DNA of 24,474 bases from Gemmatimonadaceae bacterium (GCA_040901985.1 JBBDYC010000016.1:8628-33101), one strand, 5' to 3'; positions 1 to 8,196 are shown, numbered from the stretch's first letter. Notes: generated by a model from the sequence alone, not told the origin. A program made the numbers and translations.

Positions 1-1058
1 CCCCCCCGGGGGGGCGCCGGCCGCCCCGCGCCGCGCTCGACGAGGCGCGCGAGCGCGTCGCCACGTGCCTCGGCGCCGCCCCGGACGAGGTCTGCTTCAC
101 CGCCGGCGGCACGGAGGCCGACAACCTCGCCATCCTCGGCGCCTGGCGGACGCTCCGCGGCCAGGGCAAGACGGCCGTGGTCTCGACGCCAATCGAGCAC
201 AAGGCCGTGCTCAACACCGTGCACCAGGCGGCGCGGGAAGGCGCCGAGGAGCGGTTCCTCAAGGTGGACGCCGCCGGCACCGTGGACCTCGACGACGCGC
301 GCGCGCGGATCACCGCCGGCGACACGGCGGTTGTCTCGGTGATGTGGGTCAACAACGAGATTGGCGTGGTGCAGCCGGTTGCGCGCCTCGCCCAGCTGGC
401 CAAGGCGGCAGGCGCGGTGTTCCACACCGATGCGGTGCAGGCGTTCGGCAAGTTCGAGGTGGACGCGCGGAAAATTCCGTTCGACTATGCGTCCATCAGC
501 GGTCACAAGCTCGGCGCGCCAAAGGGGATCGGCGCCTTCTTCATCCGCCGCGGGGCGCCGTTCGAGGCGATGACGTTCGGCGGCTCGCAGGAGCGGGGTC
601 GCCGCGCCGGCACGGAGAACGTGGCCTACGCGGTGGGACTCGCGCGCGCGATGGAGCTCGCGCTCGCCGAGCGTGCCTCGCACGGCAAGACCATCGCCGC
701 GCTGCGCGACCGGCTCGAGGCCGCGCTTGTGGCGCGGATCCCCGACGCGGTGGTCCACGGCCGCAACGCGCCGCGCGCGCCGCACATCCTCAACATCTCG
801 GTGCCCGGCACCGACTCCGAGTCCCTCCTGATGGCGCTCGACCTCCAGGGCGTCGCGGCGTCCAGCGGCTCGGCCTGCCAGAGCGGGAGCATCACCCCCT
901 CGCACGTGCTCGCCGCGATGGGCGTGAACGACGAGCTGGCCAGCGCCGCCATCCGGATGTCGCTCGGCGCGCTCTCCACGGAGGCCGACGTGGACCGGGT
1001 CGCCGAGCTCTTCCCGGCGTTGATTGCCAAGGCGCGCGGGCTCTCCGGGGTGGCGTAG
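1..1058 (+). CDS. iscS: Cysteine desulfurase (IscS/NifS class I), 5'-truncated at the window edge
   Basis: Frame 3 is open from base 3 (..RAALDEARERVATCLGAAPDEVCFTAGGTEADNLAI..). Motifs: EHKAV, MWVNNEIG, HTDAVQ, PLP lysine SGHKLGAPKG, catalytic loop SSGSACQS. The first ~27 nt are low-complexity G/C. Confidence 0.93.
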   Translation, partial: PPGGRRPPRAALDEARERVATCLGAAPDEVCFTAGGTEADNLAILGAWRTLRGQGKTAVVSTPIEHKAVLNTVHQAAREGAEERFLKVDAAGTVDLDDARARITAGDTAVVSVMWVNNEIGVVQPVARLAQLAKAAGAVFHTDAVQAFGKFEVDARKIPFDYASISGHKLGAPKGIGAFFIRRGAPFEAMTFGGSQERGRRAGTENVAYAVGLARAMELALAERASHGKTIAALRDRLEAALVARIPDAVVHGRNAPRAPHILNISVPGTDSESLLMALDLQGVAASSGSACQSGSITPSHVLAAMGVNDELASAAIRMSLGALSTEADVDRVAELFPALIAKARGLSGVA

Positions 1059-1062
1059 CGCG

Positions 1063-2187
1063 ATGGCCCCCGCGGCATCGCCCACGACCCGCGGCGCGAA
1101 GCCGCGCGTGCTCGCCGCGATGTCGGGCGGCGTGGACTCGTCCGTCGCCGCCGCGCTCTTGGTGCAGCAGGGCTACGACGTGGTCGGCGTGACGATGAAG
1201 CTCTTTCACGACGGCGGCGACCTCCCCGACCGCCCCTGCTGCTCGCTCGACAGCGTGAACGACGCCCGGCGCGTCGCCGAGGGGTTGGGCATCCCCCACT
1301 ACGTGCTGAACCTGCAGGACGCCTTTGGCCGCGACGTGGTGCAGGAGTTCGTGGCCGAGTACGCGGCGGGGCGCACGCCGATTCCCTGCGTGCGCTGCAA
1401 CACCTTCACCAAGTTCCGCGACCTCCTCGCCAAGGCCGACGCGATTGACGCCCCGTTCATCGCCACCGGCCATTACGCGCGCGTGGCCGACGGCCGGTTG
1501 CTGCGCGGTGTGGACGACCACAAGGACCAGACCTACTTCCTCTGGGGCATCGAGCGCGCGGTGCTCTCGCGCATCTTGCTCCCGGTGGGCGAGATGACCA
1601 AGGCGGAGACCCGCGCCGCGGCGCGCGCGCTCGGGCTCCTCACCGCCGAGCGCCCGGAGAGCCACGAGATCTGCTTCGTCCCCGACGGCGACTACGCCGC
1701 CGTCCTCGAGCGCGAGCTCGCGCCCGACGCGCCGGCGCTGATGCCGGGGCCGATCGTGACGGGCGACGGCACGGTGGTCGGCACGCACGACGGCTTTGCG
1801 CGCTACACCATCGGCCAGCGGCGCCGGCTCCCCGGCGGCTTGGCCGAGCCGATGTTCGTCGTTGCCCTCCGCCCCGCCGACCGCGCGGTGGTGATCGGCC
1901 CGCGCGAGGATCTCCTCGGCAGCGGGCTCACGGCGCGCGGCATCAACTGGCTGGTGGCCGAGCCGCCGGTGGCCGGCGCGGCGGTGCAGGTGCGGATCCG
2001 CCACCGCGCCACCCCTGTTGCCGCCACGCTGCTCCGCGCCGACAGCAATGAGGTGGAGTTCGCCCTCGAGGAGTCGGTCTACGCCATCACCCCTGGCCAG
2101 TCGGTGGCGATCTACGACGGCGATGTGGTGCTCGGCGGCGGAATCATCGAGCGCGGCAGGCGTACGCTCCCGGTGCGGGCGGCGTAG
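1063..2187 (+). CDS. mnmA: tRNA 2-thiouridylase MnmA
   Basis: SGGVDS PP-loop, GRTPIPCVRCN, ATGHYAR, KDQTYFL, ICF, YTIGQRR, ITPGQ. ATG at 1063, 4 nt after the desulfurase stop, is preferred over the track start at 1024. Confidence 0.96.
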   Translation: MAPAASPTTRGAKPRVLAAMSGGVDSSVAAALLVQQGYDVVGVTMKLFHDGGDLPDRPCCSLDSVNDARRVAEGLGIPHYVLNLQDAFGRDVVQEFVAEYAAGRTPIPCVRCNTFTKFRDLLAKADAIDAPFIATGHYARVADGRLLRGVDDHKDQTYFLWGIERAVLSRILLPVGEMTKAETRAAARALGLLTAERPESHEICFVPDGDYAAVLERELAPDAPALMPGPIVTGDGTVVGTHDGFARYTIGQRRRLPGGLAEPMFVVALRPADRAVVIGPREDLLGSGLTARGINWLVAEPPVAGAAVQVRIRHRATPVAATLLRADSNEVEFALEESVYAITPGQSVAIYDGDVVLGGGIIERGRRTLPVRAA

Positions 2188-2201
2188 CCGCCGGTCGGCC
2201 C

Positions 2202-3308
2202 TCAGGGTGCGAGCTTGGCTGCCGATGCAAACTGCCGCATCAGCTTCTCCTGCTCGGGGCTGAGGCCGACCGGGACTTCGACGTGGACCTCGACGAGGAG
2301 GTCCCCCCGCTGGCCATCCTTTGCGATCCCCTGCCCGCGCACCCGGAAACGCTTCCCGCCCTGCGTCCCCGCCGGCAGAGTGATCGTCACGGTCTTATCG
2401 TCGAGCGTGTGCACGCTCACCTTCGAGCCGAGCGTGGCCTGCGCAATGTTCACTGGCGCGGTCACGATCAAATCGAGCCCCTCCCGCGTGTACGCCGGGT
2501 CGGGCGTCACCTGGAACGTGATGACGATGTCGCCGTTGGCCCCGCCGCGCACGCCGCGCCCGCCCTGCCCCTTGAGCCGGAGCTTGCTCGCGCTGTCGGT
2601 TCCGGGCGGCACGGTGATCAGCAGCTTCTTGTGGCTGCGCGACGCGCCGGCCCCCTTGCACGACGGACACCTCTCCGACGGCACGGTCCCCTTGCCGAGG
2701 CAGGCCGGGCACGGGCGATTCACCGCAAACCCACCCTGCCCGAACGAGATCATCCCGCGCCCACCGCACTCGGCGCAGGTCTGCAGCTTGGCGCCCTTCG
2801 CCGCGCCGCTCCCGCCGCAGGTGCCGCACTCCTCGTTCACCTCGAGCTCAATTGGCACCTTGCCGCCGAGCGCTGCGATGCGGAACGGGATCTCCAGCGT
2901 CGTCTCCACGCTCTGGCCCTTCTCGGGCCCGCTCGGCCGCTGCTGACGCCCGCCGCCGAACATCGAGCTGAAGAGGTCCCCGAGGCCGCCAATGCCGCCG
3001 ATGTCGAAGTCCTCGACCCGCGGTCCGGCCGAGCCCGCGCCGGGACGCGCGCCGCCGCGGGGGCTGCGGGCCGTGAACGGATCGAACGCACCCAGCCGAC
3101 GCATCTCGTCGTATTGCTTTCGCTTCTCGGCGTTGCCGAGCACGTTGTGCGCCTCCGAGATCTCCTTGAAGCGCTCGGCCGCCTTGGCGTCGCCCTTGTT
3201 GGAGTCCGGATGGTACTGCTTGGCGAGGCGACGGTACTGCTTCTTGATCTCGTCGGCGGTGGCCGACGCGCTGACGCCGAGCACCGCGTAGAAGTCCTTC
3301 TGCGCCAT
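2202..3308 (-). CDS. dnaJ: Chaperone DnaJ (class A)
   Basis: J domain with HPD, G/F-rich region, four CxxCxGxG zinc motifs, C-terminal domain. The ATG (MAQKDFY) overlaps the grpE stop as TGATG. Confidence 0.96.
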   Translation of the reverse strand: MAQKDFYAVLGVSASATADEIKKQYRRLAKQYHPDSNKGDAKAAERFKEISEAHNVLGNAEKRKQYDEMRRLGAFDPFTARSPRGGARPGAGSAGPRVEDFDIGGIGGLGDLFSSMFGGGRQQRPSGPEKGQSVETTLEIPFRIAALGGKVPIELEVNEECGTCGGSGAAKGAKLQTCAECGGRGMISFGQGGFAVNRPCPACLGKGTVPSERCPSCKGAGASRSHKKLLITVPPGTDSASKLRLKGQGGRGVRGGANGDIVITFQVTPDPAYTREGLDLIVTAPVNIAQATLGSKVSVHTLDDKTVTITLPAGTQGGKRFRVRGQGIAKDGQRGDLLVEVHVEVPVGLSPEQEKLMRQFASAAKLAP

Positions 3309-3931
3309 CACCCGTTCCATTGCTTCACCACGACGCGAGCCGGGCGAAGCAGGGTGCCGTTGAAGACGTAGCCCACCTGATAGACCTGCGCGACGAGGTG
3401 GTCCTCGTCGGCGTGCTCGGCGGGGACGGTGGAGATCGCCTCGTGGAGCGCGGGGTCGAACGGCTCCCCTTCGGGGCTCACGACCTCGAGTCCGTGGCCG
3501 GCGAACGACTTGAGGAGCTTTTTCTCGACCATCGCGACGCCTTCGACGACGGTGCTGGCGTCGGTCGAGGCAGGATCCACGTGCGCGACGCGCGCGAGGT
3601 CGTCGAGCATCTCGAGCGTGCCGCGGAGGAGGTTGCCCATCCCCCGGTGCTCGGCCTCCTGCCGGTCGCGCGCGGCGCGGCGGCGGAAGTTCTCGAATTC
3701 GGCGTAGAGGCGGAGATACTTGTCCTTCTGGGTCTCGGCCTCGCGGAGGGCGGCGGCGAGCGGGTCGGCGGCGAGCGGGTCGGCGGCCCCGGCGGCGGCG
3801 TTGGCGGCCTCTGTGGCGGTCTCCCCGACGGTGTCGGTGCCCTCGGCGGCCCCGGCAGCGTCTGTGGCGGCATCGCCCGCCTCGGCGGCGTCAGCCAACT
3901 CGTCCGTTTCAGGGGTCTTGGGGTCGGTCAT
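3308..3931 (-). CDS. grpE: Nucleotide exchange factor GrpE
   Basis: YLRLYAEFENFRRR, FDPALHEA, QVGY..LLRPARVVV; acidic, Ala-rich N-terminus. Confidence 0.96.
   Translation of the reverse strand: MTDPKTPETDELADAAEAGDAATDAAGAAEGTDTVGETATEAANAAAGAADPLAADPLAAALREAETQKDKYLRLYAEFENFRRRAARDRQEAEHRGMGNLLRGTLEMLDDLARVAHVDPASTDASTVVEGVAMVEKKLLKSFAGHGLEVVSPEGEPFDPALHEAISTVPAEHADEDHLVAQVYQVGYVFNGTLLRPARVVVKQWNG
3751..3787. repeat. 15-bp tandem duplication inside grpE (ADPLA x2)
   Basis: cggcggcgagcgggt occurs at 3751-3765 and 3766-3780, with a partial third copy. The repeat is in frame. Confidence 0.85.
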
Positions 3932-3949
3932 AGGGAGAAAGTTCGTTGA

Positions 3950-3968
3950 TTGCCCCAGTACGGGGCAA
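3950..3968. promoter_or_regulatory. Inverted repeat TTGCCCC-N5-GGGGCAA, candidate operator or 5' hairpin of grpE-dnaJ
   Basis: Perfect 7-bp arms at 3950-3956 and 3962-3968, overlapping the -12 box and predicted transcription start. Confidence 0.45.
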
Positions 3969-3979
3969 CACGCGTGCCA
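3965..3979 (-). promoter_or_regulatory. Sigma54 (-24/-12) promoter for grpE-dnaJ
   Basis: The minus strand reads TGGCACG-CGTG-TTGC, an exact match to TGGCACG-N4-TTGC. It is correctly oriented and 33 nt upstream of the grpE ATG. Confidence 0.8.
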
Positions 3980-4066
3980 CCCGGAGCGCGCCGGAAGTGC
4001 AGCGGCGGCAGGGAGTTGCGCTCCCTACGGCAGATTCGGGCTGACGTTTCGGCGCTCGTGGGCCCG

Positions 4067-4630
4067 CTAACCGTCGAGGACCACAGCGAAGTAGGCGGTC
4101 AGGTCGAGCTCGAACGGTTCGACCGCTCCGGCCGGCGACCAGGCCAGTCGCTCCGTCAGGATCTCCGGGCTGGCGTCCCCGGGGCGCCACCGTTCGACGA
4201 GGCGGGCATCGAGGTCCACGATCCAGTACTCCTCGACGCCGGCGCGCTGGTAGAAGCGGCGCTTGACGATCCGGTCGTAGCGGGCCGTGGACGCCGAAAC
4301 GACCTCGACCGCGAGACGAAGACCGACGACGTCCGGCCAATCGCGAATCCGCGTCTCGCCGGCCCGATGGCGGGGAACGTAGAGGTCAGGTTGGACGAGC
4401 GTTCCCGGAACGACCTCGATGTCGGCCGGCGACCACATCAACCGGCCAATCCCGTTTCCGCGGATATAGCCGGAGAGGGCATCGTACAACTCCACCAACG
4501 CCAACTGGTGAGGCGGCCGCGGTGACGGCGTCACCAGCAGCGCCCCATCAATGCACTCGTACCGATTGCCGTCATCCGGCAACTTGCGTACGTCCGCCGC
4601 GGTCCAGTGGCGCTCGGCGAGGTCAGGCAT
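4067..4630 (-). CDS. Uma2 (DUF820) family PD-(D/E)xK putative endonuclease
   Basis: LPDDGNRYECIDGALLVTPSP..HQ, VQPDL, LAVEVVS.ST..YDRIVKRRFYQRAGVEEYWIVD. Start is ATG 4630 (or 4636). Confidence 0.9.
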   Translation of the reverse strand: MPDLAERHWTAADVRKLPDDGNRYECIDGALLVTPSPRPPHQLALVELYDALSGYIRGNGIGRLMWSPADIEVVPGTLVQPDLYVPRHRAGETRIRDWPDVVGLRLAVEVVSASTARYDRIVKRRFYQRAGVEEYWIVDLDARLVERWRPGDASPEILTERLAWSPAGAVEPFELDLTAYFAVVLDG

Positions 4631-4636
4631 ACCCAT

Positions 4637-4666
4637 AGCGTACGCTCGGCAGGAGGGGGATGTAAA
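4637..4666 (-). promoter_or_regulatory. Sigma70-type promoter of the Uma2 gene, leaderless geometry
   Basis: TTTACA (4666-4661), N18, TACGCT (4642-4637), N6, ATG (4630). Confidence 0.6.
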
Positions 4667-4745
4667 GAGGCCACGCGGGAACGTGACCGCGCGACCTCGA
4701 CACATCATCACCGAACGTCTGCGGGGCGGCGCCGATGCGTGCCGG

Positions 4746-6023
4746 TTAACCCCGAGCGAGTAGACGCCACAGCAGGCCCAGCGCCGCCTGCGTGCTCCGC
4801 TGCCGCACCTCGTGCCGGTCGCCGACCGAGTTGGTCCGCCGCGACTCCACGTCGCCGCGCAGGTCCACCGCCACGCAGAATGTGCCCACGGGCTTCTCCG
4901 GCGTCCCGCCCCCCGGCCCCGCCACGCCGGTGATGCTCATGCCGACGTCCACGCCGAAGCGCGCGCGGGCGCCGCGCGCCATCTCGCGCGCCACCTCCTC
5001 GCTCACCGCGCCGTGCGCCGCAATCGTCGCCTCGCTGACGCCGAGCTCACGCACCTTCACCGCGTTGGCGTAGGCGATCGTCCCGCCCTCCACCACGTCG
5101 CTCGACCCGGGGATTGCCGTGAGCCGCATCCCGAGCATCCCGCCGGTGCAGCTCTCGGCCACCGCGAGGCGCATCCCGCGTTCGCGCAGCGCCGTCAACA
5201 CGAGCGCCGCCAAGTCCGCGTCGTCCTCACCGTAGATCCATCGTCCCACCTTCGCGCGCAGCGCCGCCTCGGCGGCGGCAATCCGCGCCGCCGCCTCCGC
5301 CTCGGGCGCGTCCCACACGGTGAGGCGGAGGTCCACGCCGTCCCACCCGGGGAGGTAGGCCACGCCCACGCCGAGTGCGTCCTTCGCGAGCTCGCCCAGC
5401 GCGTCGGCCAGCGCGGACTCGGCGACGCCGGTCGTGCGCAGCGTGCGCGAGCGCACGACGGTGCGCGGGGCGGCCCCTGCGGCGGAGCCCGCGGCCCGGA
5501 GCAGTCGCGTGAGCCGCGGCAGGAGCTCATCGGCGCACATCCCGCGGAACTCACGGGGCACGCCGGGGAGCATCGCCACCCAGCGGCCGTCGGCGTCCTC
5601 GAGCCAGATGCCGGGCGCCGAGCCGTGGCGGTTGGCGAGGATCGTGGCGCCGGCAGGGATCATCGCCTGCGAGCGATTCGCCTCGGGGAGCTCGCCGGGC
5701 CAGCCGCGCGCCTTCCAGCGCGCCTTCAGCGACTCGTGGATGGCCTCGTCAAAGAGCATCGCCCGCTCGAAGAGCGCGGCAATCGCCGGCTTGGTCAGGT
5801 CGTCGGCGGTGGGGCCGAGCCCGCCGCTGGTGATGACCGCGCCGGTGCGCGCGAGCGCCTCGCGCACCACGGCGGCAATCTCCTCGGGGCCGTCGCCGCA
5901 GGTCGTCCGCCGCACCACGCGGATCCCCTGCGCGGCGGCCTCGCGCGCGAAGTATGCGGCGTTGGTGTCAATGGTGTAGCCGAGCAGCAACTCGGTGCCG
6001 ATGGTCACCAGCTCGACGTTCAT
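4746..6023 (-). CDS. cinA: CinA: MoCF-like pyrophosphatase domain fused to PncC NMN deamidase
   Basis: IGTELLLG..IDTN, SGGLGPTADDLT, LPGVPRE, C-terminal AESCTGG, HGAVSEEVA..MA, ITGVAGPGGGTPEKPVG. Confidence 0.95.
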   Translation of the reverse strand: MNVELVTIGTELLLGYTIDTNAAYFAREAAAQGIRVVRRTTCGDGPEEIAAVVREALARTGAVITSGGLGPTADDLTKPAIAALFERAMLFDEAIHESLKARWKARGWPGELPEANRSQAMIPAGATILANRHGSAPGIWLEDADGRWVAMLPGVPREFRGMCADELLPRLTRLLRAAGSAAGAAPRTVVRSRTLRTTGVAESALADALGELAKDALGVGVAYLPGWDGVDLRLTVWDAPEAEAAARIAAAEAALRAKVGRWIYGEDDADLAALVLTALRERGMRLAVAESCTGGMLGMRLTAIPGSSDVVEGGTIAYANAVKVRELGVSEATIAAHGAVSEEVAREMARGARARFGVDVGMSITGVAGPGGGTPEKPVGTFCVAVDLRGDVESRRTNSVGDRHEVRQRSTQAALGLLWRLLARG

Positions 6024-6036
6024 CGGCCGGCGCGCC

Positions 6037-6711
6037 TCACCGCGCGAAGACGCTGCGGTGGCGGATGAGGTAGTCGCCGAGCGAGACCAGGGTGAGGACG
6101 AACGCGACGCTCATCGCGAGGGACCCGATGGCGCCCACCACGTGCGAGAGGAAGCCGGAGATCGGCCCCGTCCAGTCGTTGCGCACGATGGCCAGTTGGA
6201 ACCCGAACCAGCAGAAGGAGGCGCCCATCCAGGTGTACTGGAACCCCGCCTTGTACTTGCCCAGCCGCTGCGCGGCGATCACCAGGCCCCGCTTCCGGGC
6301 GTACTCGCGGAACCAGGTCATAAACGCCTCGCGCGCGACGATCGTCACGAGCACCCACCAGGGGAAGTGGACCGGCCCGACCAGCCAGGTGACGAACGGA
6401 TACTGCGACGCCTCGGTCGCGCGCGGGAGCAGGTGGAGCAGGACGTCGTTGGCCGGCGCCTGGAGGATGAACATCGGCACGAACGTGCCGAGCAGGAGGA
6501 GCTTGTCGGCGAGCGGGTCGAGGATCTTGCCGAGGTCGGTGACGAGCCCGCGGTTGCGGGCGATCACCCCGTCCACGTGGTCGCTGATGGCGGTCGCGAG
6601 GTAGAGGAAGAACGCGACCACGCGCACGCTGACGGACGGGACGAAGGGAAGCACCGCGAGGAGCGGCGCCGCCACGATCCGCGCGACGGAGATGGAGTTC
6701 GGAAGATTCAC
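6037..6711 (-). CDS. pgsA: CDP-alcohol phosphatidyltransferase (PgsA-like)
   Basis: MNLPNSIS..R, signature SDHVDGVIAR..VTDLGKILDPLADK, ARE, GKYK; multiple hydrophobic segments; lies upstream of cinA. Confidence 0.88.
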   Translation of the reverse strand: MNLPNSISVARIVAAPLLAVLPFVPSVSVRVVAFFLYLATAISDHVDGVIARNRGLVTDLGKILDPLADKLLLLGTFVPMFILQAPANDVLLHLLPRATEASQYPFVTWLVGPVHFPWWVLVTIVAREAFMTWFREYARKRGLVIAAQRLGKYKAGFQYTWMGASFCWFGFQLAIVRNDWTGPISGFLSHVVGAIGSLAMSVAFVLTLVSLGDYLIRHRSVFAR

Positions 6712-6742
6712 CGTCGGCGTCCGCCTCGGGAAGGGCGGCCGA

Positions 6743-7420
6743 TCAGGCGAGCGTCTTGAGGACGAGCTTGCTGACCGCCTTCAGGGTGTCGAACACGCCA
6801 TCGCCGGTCACGGCGACGGCCTCGAAGAAATGCGCGCGCTCGACCCAGACGCCGTCGGCGTTCTGCTCGATCACGTTCTCGCCCGGGCGAAACTGGTCGG
6901 CGGTCACCTTCTGGCGCTCCGGCTCGGCGACCTCCCACCCCGGGTTCATCGTCGCCTGCAGCTCGGCGAGCGGCGCCGCGTTCGGCAGGTCGCGCTTATT
7001 GTACTGGATCACGAACGGCATCTTGGTCAGGTCGTAGCCGTACTCGGCCATATTGTCGTACAGGTTCTGCATCGCCTCGAGATTGGCCTCCATCCGCTCC
7101 ACCTGCGAGTCGGCGACGAAGACAATCCCGTCCACGCCCTTGAGGATCAGCTTCCGCGAGGCGTTGTAGTAGACCTGGCCCGGCACCGTGTAGAGATGGA
7201 ACCGCGTCTTGAAGCCGCGGATCGTCCCGAGGTCCACCGGCAGGAAGTCAAAGAAGAGCGTGCGCTCGGTCTCGGTGGCGAGCGAGATCAGCTTGCCGCG
7301 CGTGTCCGGCTTCACCTTCCCGTACACGTGCTCGAGGTTGGTCGTCTTGCCGCCGAGGCCGGGGCCATAATAGACAATCTTGCAGTTGATCTCGCGGGAC
7401 GCGTAGTTGATCATCGACAT
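6743..7420 (-). CDS. mglA: Ras-like small GTPase MglA
   Basis: [56 protein letters not shown]. Strong SD AAGGAG before the ATG. Confidence 0.96.
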   Translation of the reverse strand: MSMINYASREINCKIVYYGPGLGGKTTNLEHVYGKVKPDTRGKLISLATETERTLFFDFLPVDLGTIRGFKTRFHLYTVPGQVYYNASRKLILKGVDGIVFVADSQVERMEANLEAMQNLYDNMAEYGYDLTKMPFVIQYNKRDLPNAAPLAELQATMNPGWEVAEPERQKVTADQFRPGENVIEQNADGVWVERAHFFEAVAVTGDGVFDTLKAVSKLVLKTLA

Positions 7421-7431
7421 TGCTGTTCTCC

Positions 7432-7917
7432 TTATCCGAACAGCTGGTCGATCTCGTCGTCGGCGCCGGCGAGGAGCCCGGGCTTGGACGTGGCCGACTT
7501 GCCGCGCGTGAAGACCTCGTGGAACAACGTCGTCAGTTCGAGCACGGTGTCCTTGATCTTGAGGCGCACGAGCCCGAGGGTCGTGCGGTTGTCGAACAGC
7601 GCCACCAGGATCACCCGGCGCGCGATGTCGGCGAGGTACATCGATTCCTTCTCGCCCTGATGGAACAGCGAGTTGAAGTCCGTCTCGCCGATCAGCTGGG
7701 CCAACTGGTCATTGGCGCTGAAGTCCGCCGCGGTCAGCGTCGCAAAGGCGGTCGGGTCGAAGTTGGGCTGTTCCCCCACCGTCGCCACCAACTGCCCCGA
7801 GCGGTCCACGAGGAGCGCGCAGCGCGCATTGGTCTCGCCGAGAAACTTCTGCAGCGTGCGCGTGATCGCGCCGAAGTCCTCTTCGGTGAATGACCAGCTT
7901 GCAGAACCCACCGCCAT
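7432..7917 (-). CDS. mglB: Roadblock/LC7 protein MglB (MglA GAP)
   Basis: [44 protein letters not shown], acidic tail DDEIDQLFG; immediately upstream of mglA. Confidence 0.94.
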   Translation of the reverse strand: MAVGSASWSFTEEDFGAITRTLQKFLGETNARCALLVDRSGQLVATVGEQPNFDPTAFATLTAADFSANDQLAQLIGETDFNSLFHQGEKESMYLADIARRVILVALFDNRTTLGLVRLKIKDTVLELTTLFHEVFTRGKSATSKPGLLAGADDEIDQLFG

Positions 7918-7926
7918 TGTCCCGTC

Positions 7927-8196
7927 CTAGTCCAGGGCGTTCTCGAAGCGTGTCAGGAGGCGCCGGGCCCGGCGCCGCAACACGGGATTTTGCTCCCAAC
8001 CAATGTACTCGCGCAACATCACCATTGACTCGGCGTTCGGCTGCCCGCTGAGCCAGCCCAGCGCCGCCAGCCGCCGCAAGGGGCGTCCGCTGTATAGCGC
8101 CCGCTGGTTTTGCGCCTGCTCCCGGGTCCACCAGCCGTACCCGGCCAGCACCCCGCCGAGCAACCCGACCCAGAATCCCACCGCGCCCCGCCTCAC
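7927..8196 (-). CDS. Hypothetical 89-aa protein with an N-terminal TM helix and a HEAT-like helical pair
   Basis: GTG at 8196 overlaps the recR stop (GTGA) and the ORF ends 9 nt before mglB. Sequence: VRRGAVGFWVGLLGGVLAGYGWW..PLRRLAALGWL..MLREYIGWEQNPVLRRRARRLL. It is the tail of track ORF 7927..8613, whose upstream part is a shadow of recR. Confidence 0.8.
   Translation of the reverse strand: MRRGAVGFWVGLLGGVLAGYGWWTREQAQNQRALYSGRPLRRLAALGWLSGQPNAESMVMLREYIGWEQNPVLRRRARRLLTRFENALD

Noticed and set aside
1..27. C7G7 palindrome at the window start
   Set aside because: It replaces the expected desulfurase residues with PPGGRRPP and looks like low-quality contig-end sequence.
3932..4066. CIRCE/HrcA operator or intrinsic terminator upstream of grpE
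   Set aside because: There is no match to the CIRCE consensus and the hairpins lack U-tracts.
4067..4630. Uma2 gene as part of a restriction-modification, toxin-antitoxin or defence island
   Set aside because: No methyltransferase, antitoxin, integrase or other defence gene is adjacent.
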